Below are positions 46,021 to 54,645 of a DNA stretch of 64,000 nucleotides, piece by piece. The position numbers were made by a program, and so were the translations under genes. Under the pieces are notes generated by a model that was given only the letters and a program-made list of their open reading frames with translations, did no database searches and was not told the DNA's origin. Where the stretch lies: NCBI GenBank assembly GCA_903901225.1, contig CAIUQE010000031.1:28676-92675 (forward strand), in the 5' to 3' direction. Numbering within the stretch: position 1 is the first letter of the stretch; each line of letters opens with the position of its first letter. This DNA is from Candidatus Omnitrophota bacterium (GTDB lineage Bacteria; Omnitrophota; Gorgyraeia; Zapsychrales; Fredricksoniimonadaceae).

Positions 46021-47025
46021 ATGAAAGCATCCTTTATGGCTACAAAATTGCACGGATCGGTCATTGTCACGTATCGCTGTAACGCCAGATGCAACATGTG
46101 CGATGTCTGGAAGTTCCCGAGCAAGCCTGAAGAAGAGATCGGGCTGGATGTTTACGCGAAGCTGCCGCCGATGTTCTTCACGAACATCACGGGCGGCGAG
46201 CCGTTCGTCCGCCAGGACCTGCCCGAGATCGTGGCCCTCCTGCGCCAGAAATCCAAACGGATCGTGATCAGCACCAACGGGTTCTTCACCGACCGCATCA
46301 TCGCGCTGTTCGAGAAATACCCTGATCTTGGCATCCGCATCAGCATCGAGGGAAGCCAGGCGACCAATGATGCCATCCGCGGTATTCCTGATGGTGCCGC
46401 GCGCACGGAACGCACCCTGCTGAAACTGCGCGAGATGGGGATCAAGGATATCGGGTTCGCCATGACCGTGCAGGACATGAATGCCCAAGACCTGGTCGGG
46501 CTTTACGAAAAGGCCGAGGGCCTGGGGTATGAGTTCGCGACGGCGACACTGCATAACTCGCATTATTTCTGCAAGACCACGAACCGCATCCAGGACAAGG
46601 CGATGGTCATCGCCGAGTTTGAGCGCCTGATCGGCCGGCTGATACGTTCCGCCAAGGTCAAGCAGTGGTTCCGCGCGTATTTTAATTACGGGCTGATCAA
46701 TTACATCCGGGGCAACAGGCGGTTCTTGCCCTGCGAGATGGGGCAGGACGGTTTTTTCATGGACCCGTTCGGCGACATCCTCGCGTGCAACGGCATGGAC
46801 GTGAAAATGCCCATGGGCAATTTGAAGTCCCAGTCGTGGGATGAGATCTGGCATGGCGCCGGGGCAAAGAAAGTGCGGGCTGCCGTCAAGGCGTGCGGGA
46901 AGAATTGCTGGATGATCGGTTCCGCCGCGCCCGCGATATGGCATCGCCCCCTGAAGCCCATGATGTGGGTGGCGCGCAACAAGCTGCGGGCGATGTTAAC
47001 CAGGTCTGGGGAACAACAAGGATGA
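46021..47025 (+). CDS. radical SAM / SPASM-like domain protein
   Basis: CNARCNMC (CxxxCxxC) radical-SAM cluster motif and a GGEP motif (ITGGEPF). The C-terminal Cys-rich region (ACNG...ACGKNCWM) is consistent with an auxiliary SPASM/twitch cluster. Confidence 0.8.
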   Translation: MKASFMATKLHGSVIVTYRCNARCNMCDVWKFPSKPEEEIGLDVYAKLPPMFFTNITGGEPFVRQDLPEIVALLRQKSKRIVISTNGFFTDRIIALFEKYPDLGIRISIEGSQATNDAIRGIPDGAARTERTLLKLREMGIKDIGFAMTVQDMNAQDLVGLYEKAEGLGYEFATATLHNSHYFCKTTNRIQDKAMVIAEFERLIGRLIRSAKVKQWFRAYFNYGLINYIRGNRRFLPCEMGQDGFFMDPFGDILACNGMDVKMPMGNLKSQSWDEIWHGAGAKKVRAAVKACGKNCWMIGSAAPAIWHRPLKPMMWVARNKLRAMLTRSGEQQG

Positions 47026-48125
47026 AGGTCGTTGTCATCGGCACACGCGGGTTTCCGGACGTCCAGGGCGGGATCGAAAAGCACTGCGAACAGCTTTATC
47101 CGGTCCTTGTGAGTGACGGGGTAGATGTCACGGTGCTGACGCGCAAGCCGTATGTTGATCCCGCGCTCACGCAATATCTCGGCGTTAAACTTGTCCCCAT
47201 CGCTTGCCCCCGGCAGAAATTTCTCGAAGCCATTGTCCATTCCTTCCGGGCGGTGCTTTACGCCAAGAAACTCAAGCCGGACATCGTGCATATCCACGCC
47301 ATCGGCCCCGCCCTGGTGGCGCCGCTCGCGCGGTTGCTGGGCCTCAAGGTCGTCATCACGCATCACGGGCCTGATTACGAGCGCAAGAAATGGAATTGGA
47401 TCGCCAGGGCCGTCCTGCGTGCCGGCGAGGCGGGGGGATGCCTGTGCGCGAACAGGATCATCACGATCGCCGATAATATCGCGCGGTCGGTCAAAGCGAA
47501 ATTCGGGCGGGATGCCGTCGTGATCCCCAACGGGGTTATTGTGCCGCGGCTCCTGCCGCCGGGCGAGGCCCTGAAGAAATTCGGCCTAGAGCCCGGGAAA
47601 TATTTTCTTGCCGTCGGGAGGTTCGTTCCTGAAAAGGGGTTTCACGACCTTGTCAGGGCTTACGCGCAAATGGGGGATATGGACTGGAAACTTGTTATCG
47701 CGGGCGACGCGGACCATCCAGACCGCTACAGCCGTTCCCTGAAGAGTGCCGCGGGCAGGGTGGCGGGTGTCGTGTTGACCGGGTTTATTTCAGGGGCGCC
47801 GTTGCGGGAGATCTATTCCAGCGCGGGGCTTTTTGTCCTGCCGTCGTATCATGAGGGCCTGCCGATCGTCCTTCTGGAGGCCATGAGTTTCGGCCTTGCG
47901 TGTCTTGCTTCCGATATACCGGCGAACAGGGCGGTGCCCTTGGCCCCGGCGCGTTATTTCCCGGCGGGCGACGCGGGTGTCATGGCCGGGAAACTTTCGG
48001 GTTACAAGGGGATGCCGTGGCCCGCGGGGCAGGGTACCCGTGACGCGCAGATCGCCCTGATCAGCGACACGTATAACTGGACAAGGATCGCGCGAGAAAC
48101 AAAGAACGTTTACGACCAGCTCTGA
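47022..48125 (+). CDS. GT4-family glycosyltransferase
   Basis: GT-B fold. Starts at ATG 47022 (overlapping the rSAM stop as ATGA) with an AAGGA RBS. The C-terminal domain carries the E-x7-E-type motif (EGLPIVLLEAMSFG). Confidence 0.8.
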   Translation: MKVVVIGTRGFPDVQGGIEKHCEQLYPVLVSDGVDVTVLTRKPYVDPALTQYLGVKLVPIACPRQKFLEAIVHSFRAVLYAKKLKPDIVHIHAIGPALVAPLARLLGLKVVITHHGPDYERKKWNWIARAVLRAGEAGGCLCANRIITIADNIARSVKAKFGRDAVVIPNGVIVPRLLPPGEALKKFGLEPGKYFLAVGRFVPEKGFHDLVRAYAQMGDMDWKLVIAGDADHPDRYSRSLKSAAGRVAGVVLTGFISGAPLREIYSSAGLFVLPSYHEGLPIVLLEAMSFGLACLASDIPANRAVPLAPARYFPAGDAGVMAGKLSGYKGMPWPAGQGTRDAQIALISDTYNWTRIARETKNVYDQL

Positions 48126-48143
48126 TGTTATAATCCCAACCAT

Positions 48144-49004
48144 ATGTCAAAGGCTACGCCAACCTCTTACCGCGTCATTATTCTCCATGCCCTTCTGTGG
48201 GGGGCGTTCATCCTGCTATATTTCTCGACCTTTGTTGACCTTTATCAAAGCCGCTGGGAGAACATTGATTATACCCATGCCTATATCGTCCTGCCGGTCG
48301 CGCTGTTTTTGGCGTGGCTCAGGCGCGCCGAGGTCAAAGCCGTGCTGGGGATCGCGGTGTCCGCGGCTGATACGGCCCGCGGCCTCGCGCTCATTGTTCT
48401 TGCCGCGCTGATGTTTTTGCTGGGGACGCGCATGGGTTTTTTGATGATCACCACGCTGTCGCTCGTCCCGATGATCTTTGGCATCATCTTTTACCGTTAC
48501 AATGGCCGGCTCGCCCGCGTCCTGATGTTCCCGATACTTTATTTACTCCTGCTGGTCCCGCCGCCGCTGGGGATACTGGACGCGATCACGCTGCCGATGC
48601 GCCATATCACGTCGGCCGCGGCCGCGGCTATCCTGGGGACGTTCCTGCCGGTGCACCGCGAAGGCATGATGATCTATATCCAGGACACGCAGATCTTCGT
48701 GGGCGCGCCGTGCAGCGGGTTCCGGTCGCTGGTCACGATGTTCGCCCTGGCGCTGGTGTATGTGCATGTCATCAGGATGGAAGGCGCCCGGAGGCTTGTC
48801 CTGCTTGCCTCGGTCGTGCCGCTGGCCATGTTCGGGAACATGGTCCGCGTGGTCGTGCTCAGCCTGATCACGTGTTTTTTCGGGAAAGAGGCGGGCGAGG
48901 GGTTCTTTCATAATTTCAGCGGGTTCGTGATATTCACGATCATGATGAGCGGGTTATTGCTGGTCGCGAAGCTGATCGATGTGGAGGCCCCCGATGATGC
49001 TTAA
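48144..49004 (+). CDS. exosortase (EpsH/XrtA-like transpeptidase)
   Basis: 8-TM protein with the exosortase catalytic landmarks: Cys in GAPCSGFRSL and the downstream N...R (FGNMVRVVVL). Confidence 0.8.
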   Translation: MSKATPTSYRVIILHALLWGAFILLYFSTFVDLYQSRWENIDYTHAYIVLPVALFLAWLRRAEVKAVLGIAVSAADTARGLALIVLAALMFLLGTRMGFLMITTLSLVPMIFGIIFYRYNGRLARVLMFPILYLLLLVPPPLGILDAITLPMRHITSAAAAAILGTFLPVHREGMMIYIQDTQIFVGAPCSGFRSLVTMFALALVYVHVIRMEGARRLVLLASVVPLAMFGNMVRVVVLSLITCFFGKEAGEGFFHNFSGFVIFTIMMSGLLLVAKLIDVEAPDDA

Positions 49005-49650
49005 AGACCGTTCCTTCCATATCCTGGCCATCCTCGCGGTGGCCTTCGCCCTTGCCTTTGGCCTGCCGCAGACCAAGTACAAGAGCACGGATGTCCTCCA
49101 GCAGCTTCATGTCCCCATGGCGTTCGCGGGGTGGAGCGGGCACGATTATGACAGCGGCCAGAAGCTGATGGACGAGAGGTACAATTTCATGAACGCGCTG
49201 TTCCTGCGGGAATACGCCAATCCCGAAGGCCGCAAGGTGTTCCTGTTCCTCCTGGACGCGGGGAATTTTCATAATCCCAAGGTTTGCCTGACGGCAGTCG
49301 GGTTCAAGATGCGCGAGCTCGACGACACGGCCCTGGCGTTCAGGACACGGGCGCGCGGCAAGGACGCGCCTTTCAGCGGCACCTCGATCTACATCAGCAA
49401 GGAGAAGGCGGGCGTGCTGGTCACGTACTGGATGGTCATCAATGGCCGCAGGGTCAACTGGGTCGAGCAAAAAGCGGTTGAGCTGTGGTGTTCGCTCCTT
49501 GGCATCCGCAAGGCCGGGCTGATGGTCCGCATCGATATCCCCACCAACGAGGCAGACCTGCCCCACGCCAGGGAACTGCTCAAGTCCTTTACCGCGTCGC
49601 TGGACGAGGCCATTACGTCCAATGAACGCTGGTTTATTTTCGGGCGGTAG
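48994..49650 (+). CDS. EpsI-family exosortase-associated protein
   Basis: N-terminal TM/signal anchor followed by a ~190-aa periplasmic domain. Its position immediately after the exosortase, overlapping its stop, matches the EpsH-EpsI arrangement. Confidence 0.6.
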   Translation: MMLKDRSFHILAILAVAFALAFGLPQTKYKSTDVLQQLHVPMAFAGWSGHDYDSGQKLMDERYNFMNALFLREYANPEGRKVFLFLLDAGNFHNPKVCLTAVGFKMRELDDTALAFRTRARGKDAPFSGTSIYISKEKAGVLVTYWMVINGRRVNWVEQKAVELWCSLLGIRKAGLMVRIDIPTNEADLPHARELLKSFTASLDEAITSNERWFIFGR

Positions 49651-49687
49651 GCGAAAAGTAAATAACGCGCAGACGTAGCATTCGTTT

Positions 49688-49783
49688 TATATACCCGATA
49701 GGGTATGTTTCTTGTTTTTTATTCTAAATTCTTTCAATTTATAACATCTGTTCTTGATTTTATACCCTTTAGGGTGTATATTT
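49688..49783 (+). promoter_or_regulatory. two palindromic operator-like sites upstream of hipB
   Basis: ATACCC-gata-GGGTAT (49691-49706) and TATACCC-ttta-GGGTGTATA (49761-49780). Both precede ATG 49789. Confidence 0.5.
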
Positions 49784-49788
49784 TAATC

Positions 49789-49992
49789 ATGAAAAGTATG
49801 GGAAAAACAATACAGGAACTTCGAAAAAAAGCTGGGCTTGACCAGGTCGAGTTTGCGAAACGGGCCGGGGTCGGTCTGCGTTTTGTGAGAGAACTCGAGC
49901 AGGGAAAGACCACGGTGCGCCTGGACAAGGTCAATCAGGTCCTTGATTTCCTGGGACATCATCTTGAGGTTATCCGTAATGGCAAAGGATAA
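49789..49992 (+). CDS. hipB: HipB-like XRE-family HTH antitoxin/regulator
   Basis: 67 aa, TIQELRKKAGLDQVEFAKRAGVGLRFVRELEQGK (Cro/C1 HTH). The ORF track's upstream ATG at 49705 lies inside the operator palindrome. Confidence 0.8.
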   Translation: MKSMGKTIQELRKKAGLDQVEFAKRAGVGLRFVRELEQGKTTVRLDKVNQVLDFLGHHLEVIRNGKG

Positions 49993-50308
49993 TAAACGCA
50001 AAGCCGATGTTTTCTATCATGACCGGCACGCAGGTATCCTGGAAGAAACGGACGATGGGTTCAGGTTCGTCTATGCCTCGGATTATTTGAAGACCGGCAA
50101 GCCGATCTCATTGTCGCTGCCTTTGCGGGCGGCGCCTTTTGCATCGGCCACATTGTTTTCTTTTTTCGCGGGAATGAATTCTGAAGGTTGGTACAAAGAC
50201 ATTGTTTGCGCGACAAGGAAGATCGACCCGACTGACGAGTTTGGGATATTGTTGGTGACCGGAAAGAGCACGATCGGCGCTGTTACGGTCAAAGAAAGCG
50301 GTGCATGA
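49979..50308 (+). CDS. hipS: HipS-like protein (stand-alone HipA N-terminal subdomain)
   Basis: 109 aa, VFYHDRHAGILEETDDGFRFVYASDY... corresponds to the N-subdomain-1 of HipA kinases. Overlaps the hipB stop and the hipT start (ATGA). Confidence 0.7.
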   Translation: MAKDNKRKADVFYHDRHAGILEETDDGFRFVYASDYLKTGKPISLSLPLRAAPFASATLFSFFAGMNSEGWYKDIVCATRKIDPTDEFGILLVTGKSTIGAVTVKESGA

Positions 50309-51183
50309 TGAAAAATGAGCGATCAGTGTGGCGGAAAGTATTCGGTATTGATAAAGAGCCGTCCATCGATTTGACGCTGGCGGGGGTTTCCCTTAAAGCC
50401 CAGGAAATGGTCGGGAAGATGTCCATTTCCGGCGTTCAGCCCAAGCTTTCCGTTAAACGGACGGATAAAGGCGGCGATCCTCATTTGGAAGTTGCCGGTG
50501 ACGGCGGCCAGTATATTCTGAAACCGCAGGTGCAGGCTTTCGCGCATTTGCCGGAAAATGAAGCGCTGTGCATGGCCATAGCCCAGGAACTGGGTATTGA
50601 TGTGCCGCCACACTGCCTTGTTCATTTGAAAGACAAAAGCTTGGCCTATGTTGTTAAACGGTTCGATCGGGACGGGCGTCGCAAGATCCACCAGGAGGAT
50701 TTTGCGCAGATCCTCGAGAAGAAGGATAAATATAACGGCTCTGTTGAGGAGATCGGGCGTAAGCTCAAGGCGGTTTCCGAAGTCCCCGGGCTTGACGTGC
50801 AGCTTTTCTTTGAGCGTGTCGTGTTCAACTTCCTTATCGGGAACGGTGACGCGCATGTTAAAAATTATTCGGTCATCTATAACGAAGAGGGACTGGTGCG
50901 TCTTGCGCCAGCGTATGATCTGGTCTGTTCCAGGATCGTTATTCCGCAAGAGCCGGATGAATCGGCGTTGACCATTCAGGGAAAGAAGACGCGGATCAAA
51001 CGGAAGGACATGGATCTTTTCGCCGAATCTCTTGGTGTCCCGGAAAAAATACGCTTCGCGAAATTCGCGGGACAGAAAGAGCTCTTTTCTTCAACGATCG
51101 CGGCGTCTTTGCTTCCCAGGGACATGGCGGCGGCCTTCGATAAACTTTTTATCGAACGATTTCAGCGGCTTGAATTGGAATAG
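50305..51183 (+). CDS. hipT: HipT-like Ser/Thr kinase toxin (HipA C-terminal kinase core)
   Basis: Gly-rich loop MSISGVQPK with an SIS serine pair. Catalytic motif GDAHVKNYS (DxHxKN). HipA_C core (APAYDLVCS). Confidence 0.75.
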   Translation: MMKNERSVWRKVFGIDKEPSIDLTLAGVSLKAQEMVGKMSISGVQPKLSVKRTDKGGDPHLEVAGDGGQYILKPQVQAFAHLPENEALCMAIAQELGIDVPPHCLVHLKDKSLAYVVKRFDRDGRRKIHQEDFAQILEKKDKYNGSVEEIGRKLKAVSEVPGLDVQLFFERVVFNFLIGNGDAHVKNYSVIYNEEGLVRLAPAYDLVCSRIVIPQEPDESALTIQGKKTRIKRKDMDLFAESLGVPEKIRFAKFAGQKELFSSTIAASLLPRDMAAAFDKLFIERFQRLELE

Positions 51184-51370
51184 TTCTGTGGCCGCTAAGT
51201 TGCCACGGTGGATAATGCCGGACCTTTTGGCCTATAAAAATAACTATACAAATAACTGAATCTTGTTATTGCCAAACGAAAATCATTCGGTTAGTATACG
51301 GATACATGGGTGGGCAGCCTCGGACCGCCTGGATGTTGTTTAACCTTTCTATTGTCAATCCCGATTTAAA

Positions 51371-51859
51371 ATGACCACTTACAGCGACAACACGTTGTCC
51401 CAATACCTGGAAAAACTCTCTCTGCGTGAGCCTGTTCCCGGCGGCGGTTCCGCGGCCGCGGTATCGGCCGGCCTGGGTGCCGCGCTGATCGCGATGGCCG
51501 CGCGCTATTCCCTGGGCAAGGGCAAGGCACCGGATATCGAGGCCAGGATCGGGGCACTTATCGTGACGGTTGATACGGCGCGGTCCAAATTCATTGATCT
51601 TGCCGGGCGTGACGCCCAGGCTTACCTTGACATGGTGCGCGCCCGCAAGTCGGGCGACGCCGCGGCGCTGAAACTGGCCACCGAAGAAGCCAGCCGTGTC
51701 CCGCGGGATATCACCGCGCTCTGCCGGGAATGCCTGGCCCTGACGCCGTTCCTCCACCAGGAAGGCAATCCGCGTTTGCTGAGCGATGTCAAAGCCGCCG
51801 AGGCTTTCCTTAACGCGGCCATAGCGGCCGCGGGTTATATGCAAGAGGCCAATTCATGA
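51371..51859 (+). CDS. fchA: cyclodeaminase/cyclohydrolase family protein (FTCD C-terminal-like; methenyl-THF cyclohydrolase FchA-like)
   Basis: LSQYLEKLSLREPVPGGGSAAAVSAGLGAALIAMAA is the hallmark N-terminal helix of this family. Paired with folD. Confidence 0.7.
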   Translation: MTTYSDNTLSQYLEKLSLREPVPGGGSAAAVSAGLGAALIAMAARYSLGKGKAPDIEARIGALIVTVDTARSKFIDLAGRDAQAYLDMVRARKSGDAAALKLATEEASRVPRDITALCRECLALTPFLHQEGNPRLLSDVKAAEAFLNAAIAAAGYMQEANS

Positions 51860-52722
51860 GCGCGACCATCCTTGACGGCAGGGCATTATCCAAAGAATTG
51901 ACGGCGCAGCTCAAGGCCGAGGTCGCCCGCCTTAAGGCGGCAACGGGCAAGGTTCCGCGTTGCGTGAACATCGTCATCGGGCAGGACGCGAGCGCGGCGT
52001 CCTACGGCAAGTCGCAGAAGCGCGCGGCCGAGGAGATCGGCATTGATTACCAGTTCACATACCTGGCACACCATGTTTCCCAAAAAGAGCTCCTTGATCA
52101 GATAAAATTCCTGAATGAGGATCCTGAGGTGAATGGCGTCATGATCCACAAGCCTGTTCCCGAAGGCATTGATTTCCAGCAGGCCGTGAACGCGCTGGCG
52201 CCGGAGAAAGATATCGAGGGGATGGGGACGGGCAACCTGGGCAGGCTTTTCCTGGGAAAAACGCCGATCATCCCGTGCACGCCGGCTTCGGCGATGGCCC
52301 TGCTGGCGTTGTCCGGCGTCGACATCGCGGGCAAAGATGCCGTGGTTGTCGGCCGCAGCGAGATCGTTGGCAAGCCCCTGGTTTTTCTGTTATTGGAAAA
52401 GAACGCGACCGTGACGGTCTGCCACAGCGGCACGCATCGCGCCGGGCGGCTGGAAAGCCATGTGCGGAGCGCCGATATCGTCATTGTGGCCATGGGCAAG
52501 CCCGCGTTCATCAAGGGGGCCTGGGTCAAGGAAGGCGCGATCGTCATTGACGTGGGCATCAACAATGTCAACGGCAAGATCACGGGGGACGTCGAATTTG
52601 ACGCGGCCGCGGCGCGCGCCGCTTTCATCACGCCGGTGCCGGGTGGGGTCGGCCCCGTTACGGCCGTGATGCTCATGAAGAACGCCATCGAAACATTTAA
52701 ACAGCAGGCAGGACGGCCATGA
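51856..52722 (+). CDS. folD: bifunctional 5,10-methylene-THF dehydrogenase / cyclohydrolase
   Basis: ILDGRALSKEL..., NIVIGQDASAASYGKSQKRAAEEIGI, and GVGPVTAVMLMKN near the C-terminus. Confidence 0.9.
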   Translation: MSATILDGRALSKELTAQLKAEVARLKAATGKVPRCVNIVIGQDASAASYGKSQKRAAEEIGIDYQFTYLAHHVSQKELLDQIKFLNEDPEVNGVMIHKPVPEGIDFQQAVNALAPEKDIEGMGTGNLGRLFLGKTPIIPCTPASAMALLALSGVDIAGKDAVVVGRSEIVGKPLVFLLLEKNATVTVCHSGTHRAGRLESHVRSADIVIVAMGKPAFIKGAWVKEGAIVIDVGINNVNGKITGDVEFDAAAARAAFITPVPGGVGPVTAVMLMKNAIETFKQQAGRP

Positions 52723-53738
52723 AAAATATTGTTGTGATCGGCCACGCGCCGGCGGCTCACGCGGCGGTCAGGGCTTTGCTTGACCGGGACCCGACGCTGG
52801 CCATCACGCTGATCAGTTGTGACGGGCAGCTTCCCTATGACAAAACACTCCTGCCCGGCCTCATCGACCGTTCGGTGAAGGAGGCCGGTATTTTCTGCGC
52901 TCCTGAAGATATGTACCGCGCGGCGCGCGTTGAGCTTATCCTCGACAAGGAGATATCCCGCGTGAATTTCAACCGCAAGCGTGTTTTCCTCGCGGACAAG
53001 GTCCAGGTTGATTTTGACGGCCTTATTATTACCGATGCGCCGCAGATCCAGTGGCCCCAGCTCAAGGGGATCCGCCGCCAGGGTGTTTTTCATCTGGCTC
53101 GCCTTTCCATGGTGAAAGATCTTGTGCGTTACCTGGCGTTCACGGAGACCGCCCTGGTCGAGGCATCTGGGTTCGGGGGCATCAAAGCTGCGCTGGCGTT
53201 GAAGGCCGCGGGTAAAGACGTGGTTGTGGCGTATAGCGGCGACAATTTGCTGGCGGGCCTCATTTCTGCCGCGCGCGCCCAGGCATTGACGGCGGCGCTA
53301 TTGAAGCGCGGCATCCGTGTCATGGCGGGCGGCGTCGAGGATGTGATCGGCGAGGTCGAGGTCAAGGCGGTGCGGTTGAAGTCCGGCAAGGTCGTGGCGT
53401 GCGACATGTTCGTCCTCGAAAACGTGAAGCCTGACCTCCGGTTCCTGAGTGACACCGGGCTGGCCATGGATGAGCGGATCCCCGTCGATATTTTCTTGCG
53501 GTCTAATATTCCCGGCGTCCTTGCCGTTGATGTTGTGGCGCGTTTGGAGCAGCCTGAGTTCAGGGGGGAATACTGGCTCGACGCGCGCACGGGGAGCGTT
53601 CAGGCCAGGGCCGCTGTTGACGGATTTTTGGGAGAAGGCCGCGCGCTCACGCCGGTGGATATTGCCCAGGCTGATATCCTTGACACGCTTTTTGATCCGC
53701 TGGAACTTGTGCCTGTCATGTCAGAGGCTGCGGTTTAA
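52719..53738 (+). CDS. pyridine nucleotide-disulfide oxidoreductase-like protein with degenerate dinucleotide-binding motifs
   Basis: Two-Rossmann architecture resembling nitrite/rubredoxin reductase-type FAD enzymes. The N-terminal GxGxxG is replaced by VVIGHAPAAHAA and the second motif is ASGFGGIKAALAL. Confidence 0.5.
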   Translation: MKNIVVIGHAPAAHAAVRALLDRDPTLAITLISCDGQLPYDKTLLPGLIDRSVKEAGIFCAPEDMYRAARVELILDKEISRVNFNRKRVFLADKVQVDFDGLIITDAPQIQWPQLKGIRRQGVFHLARLSMVKDLVRYLAFTETALVEASGFGGIKAALALKAAGKDVVVAYSGDNLLAGLISAARAQALTAALLKRGIRVMAGGVEDVIGEVEVKAVRLKSGKVVACDMFVLENVKPDLRFLSDTGLAMDERIPVDIFLRSNIPGVLAVDVVARLEQPEFRGEYWLDARTGSVQARAAVDGFLGEGRALTPVDIAQADILDTLFDPLELVPVMSEAAV

Positions 53739-54644
53739 ATGACAAACCTGTTTCTCCTTATTTTTTTCTTCAGCACATCTTTTGTCTTTGCGGCGGGTAT
53801 CCCCAGTCCTGCGGAATTGCGTACCGCGGAGCGGTATCACGCGGTCGGGTACCAATACCAGGCCCAGGGGAATCTCCTGCAGGCAAGATTCCTTTACCAG
53901 CAGGCCGAAGCCTTTGCTCCCGATGATCCGGCTTTGCTCAATGACCTCGGAGTTGTTTATGAATCGCTGGGCCAGGCCGACGAATCCCTCAAACATTATC
54001 TCAAAGCCATTGCGGTGGATTTTAAATACCTCCCGGCGTACATGAACCTGGGTCATTTCTATGAAGCCAGGGGCAATGTGGCCACAGCAACCTATTATTT
54101 CAGCCAGCGCGTGAAATTCGGCGATCCGCGTGATTCCCGAACGCTCCAGGCGCAGGCGCAGATCGATCGCCTGAACCATTCTTCTTTAAGCCTGGCGCAG
54201 AGTAATTTCGAGTTCGACATGAGATCATTGGAAAGCGAGATGGCTTTGCGTGACAGGGAAAAGGACCTTGAACAGGAGCGTCAGCGCGTGATCCGGGCCG
54301 AGGAGGATTACCTGACGGGGAAGAAACTTTTTCAGGCTGGCCGTTATGACGAGGCAAAACTTTCTTTTGAAGTGAGTTTGAGTGAGAATAAAGCCCATCA
54401 GGGCGCGCAGGAGATGCTTGAGCGCGTGAACACGATGATAGCCTTGGACCCGAGAGTGAAAGATTTCGGTTTGCACCAGGACCCGGCGCGGGACATGGCC
54501 ATGATCGAATACAATAAAGGTTCACGGCTGATGCGCTCCGGCAACCGTGACGAAGCGCTCGAGGCGTTTGACCGGGCCCAGGAGCTTGCGCCGGCGGACC
54601 CGTATATCCGGGCGGTCCGCGCCGAAGCCGCGAGGCAGCCGTAG
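53739..54644 (+). CDS. secreted tetratricopeptide-repeat protein
   Basis: Signal peptide (LFLLIFFFSTSFVFAAG). Several TPR-like 34-mers (AVGYQYQAQGNLLQARFLYQQAEAF..., ALLNDLGVVYESLGQADESLKHYLKAI..., AYMNLGHFYEARGN...). Confidence 0.75.
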   Translation: MTNLFLLIFFFSTSFVFAAGIPSPAELRTAERYHAVGYQYQAQGNLLQARFLYQQAEAFAPDDPALLNDLGVVYESLGQADESLKHYLKAIAVDFKYLPAYMNLGHFYEARGNVATATYYFSQRVKFGDPRDSRTLQAQAQIDRLNHSSLSLAQSNFEFDMRSLESEMALRDREKDLEQERQRVIRAEEDYLTGKKLFQAGRYDEAKLSFEVSLSENKAHQGAQEMLERVNTMIALDPRVKDFGLHQDPARDMAMIEYNKGSRLMRSGNRDEALEAFDRAQELAPADPYIRAVRAEAARQP

Positions 54645-54645
54645 G

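Noticed and set aside
51266-51844. 192-aa minus-strand ORF opposite the fchA gene
   Set aside because: The + strand frame carries the diagnostic FTCD-C family helix (PVPGGGSAAAVSAGLGAAL) and is translationally coupled to folD. The minus frame has no features.
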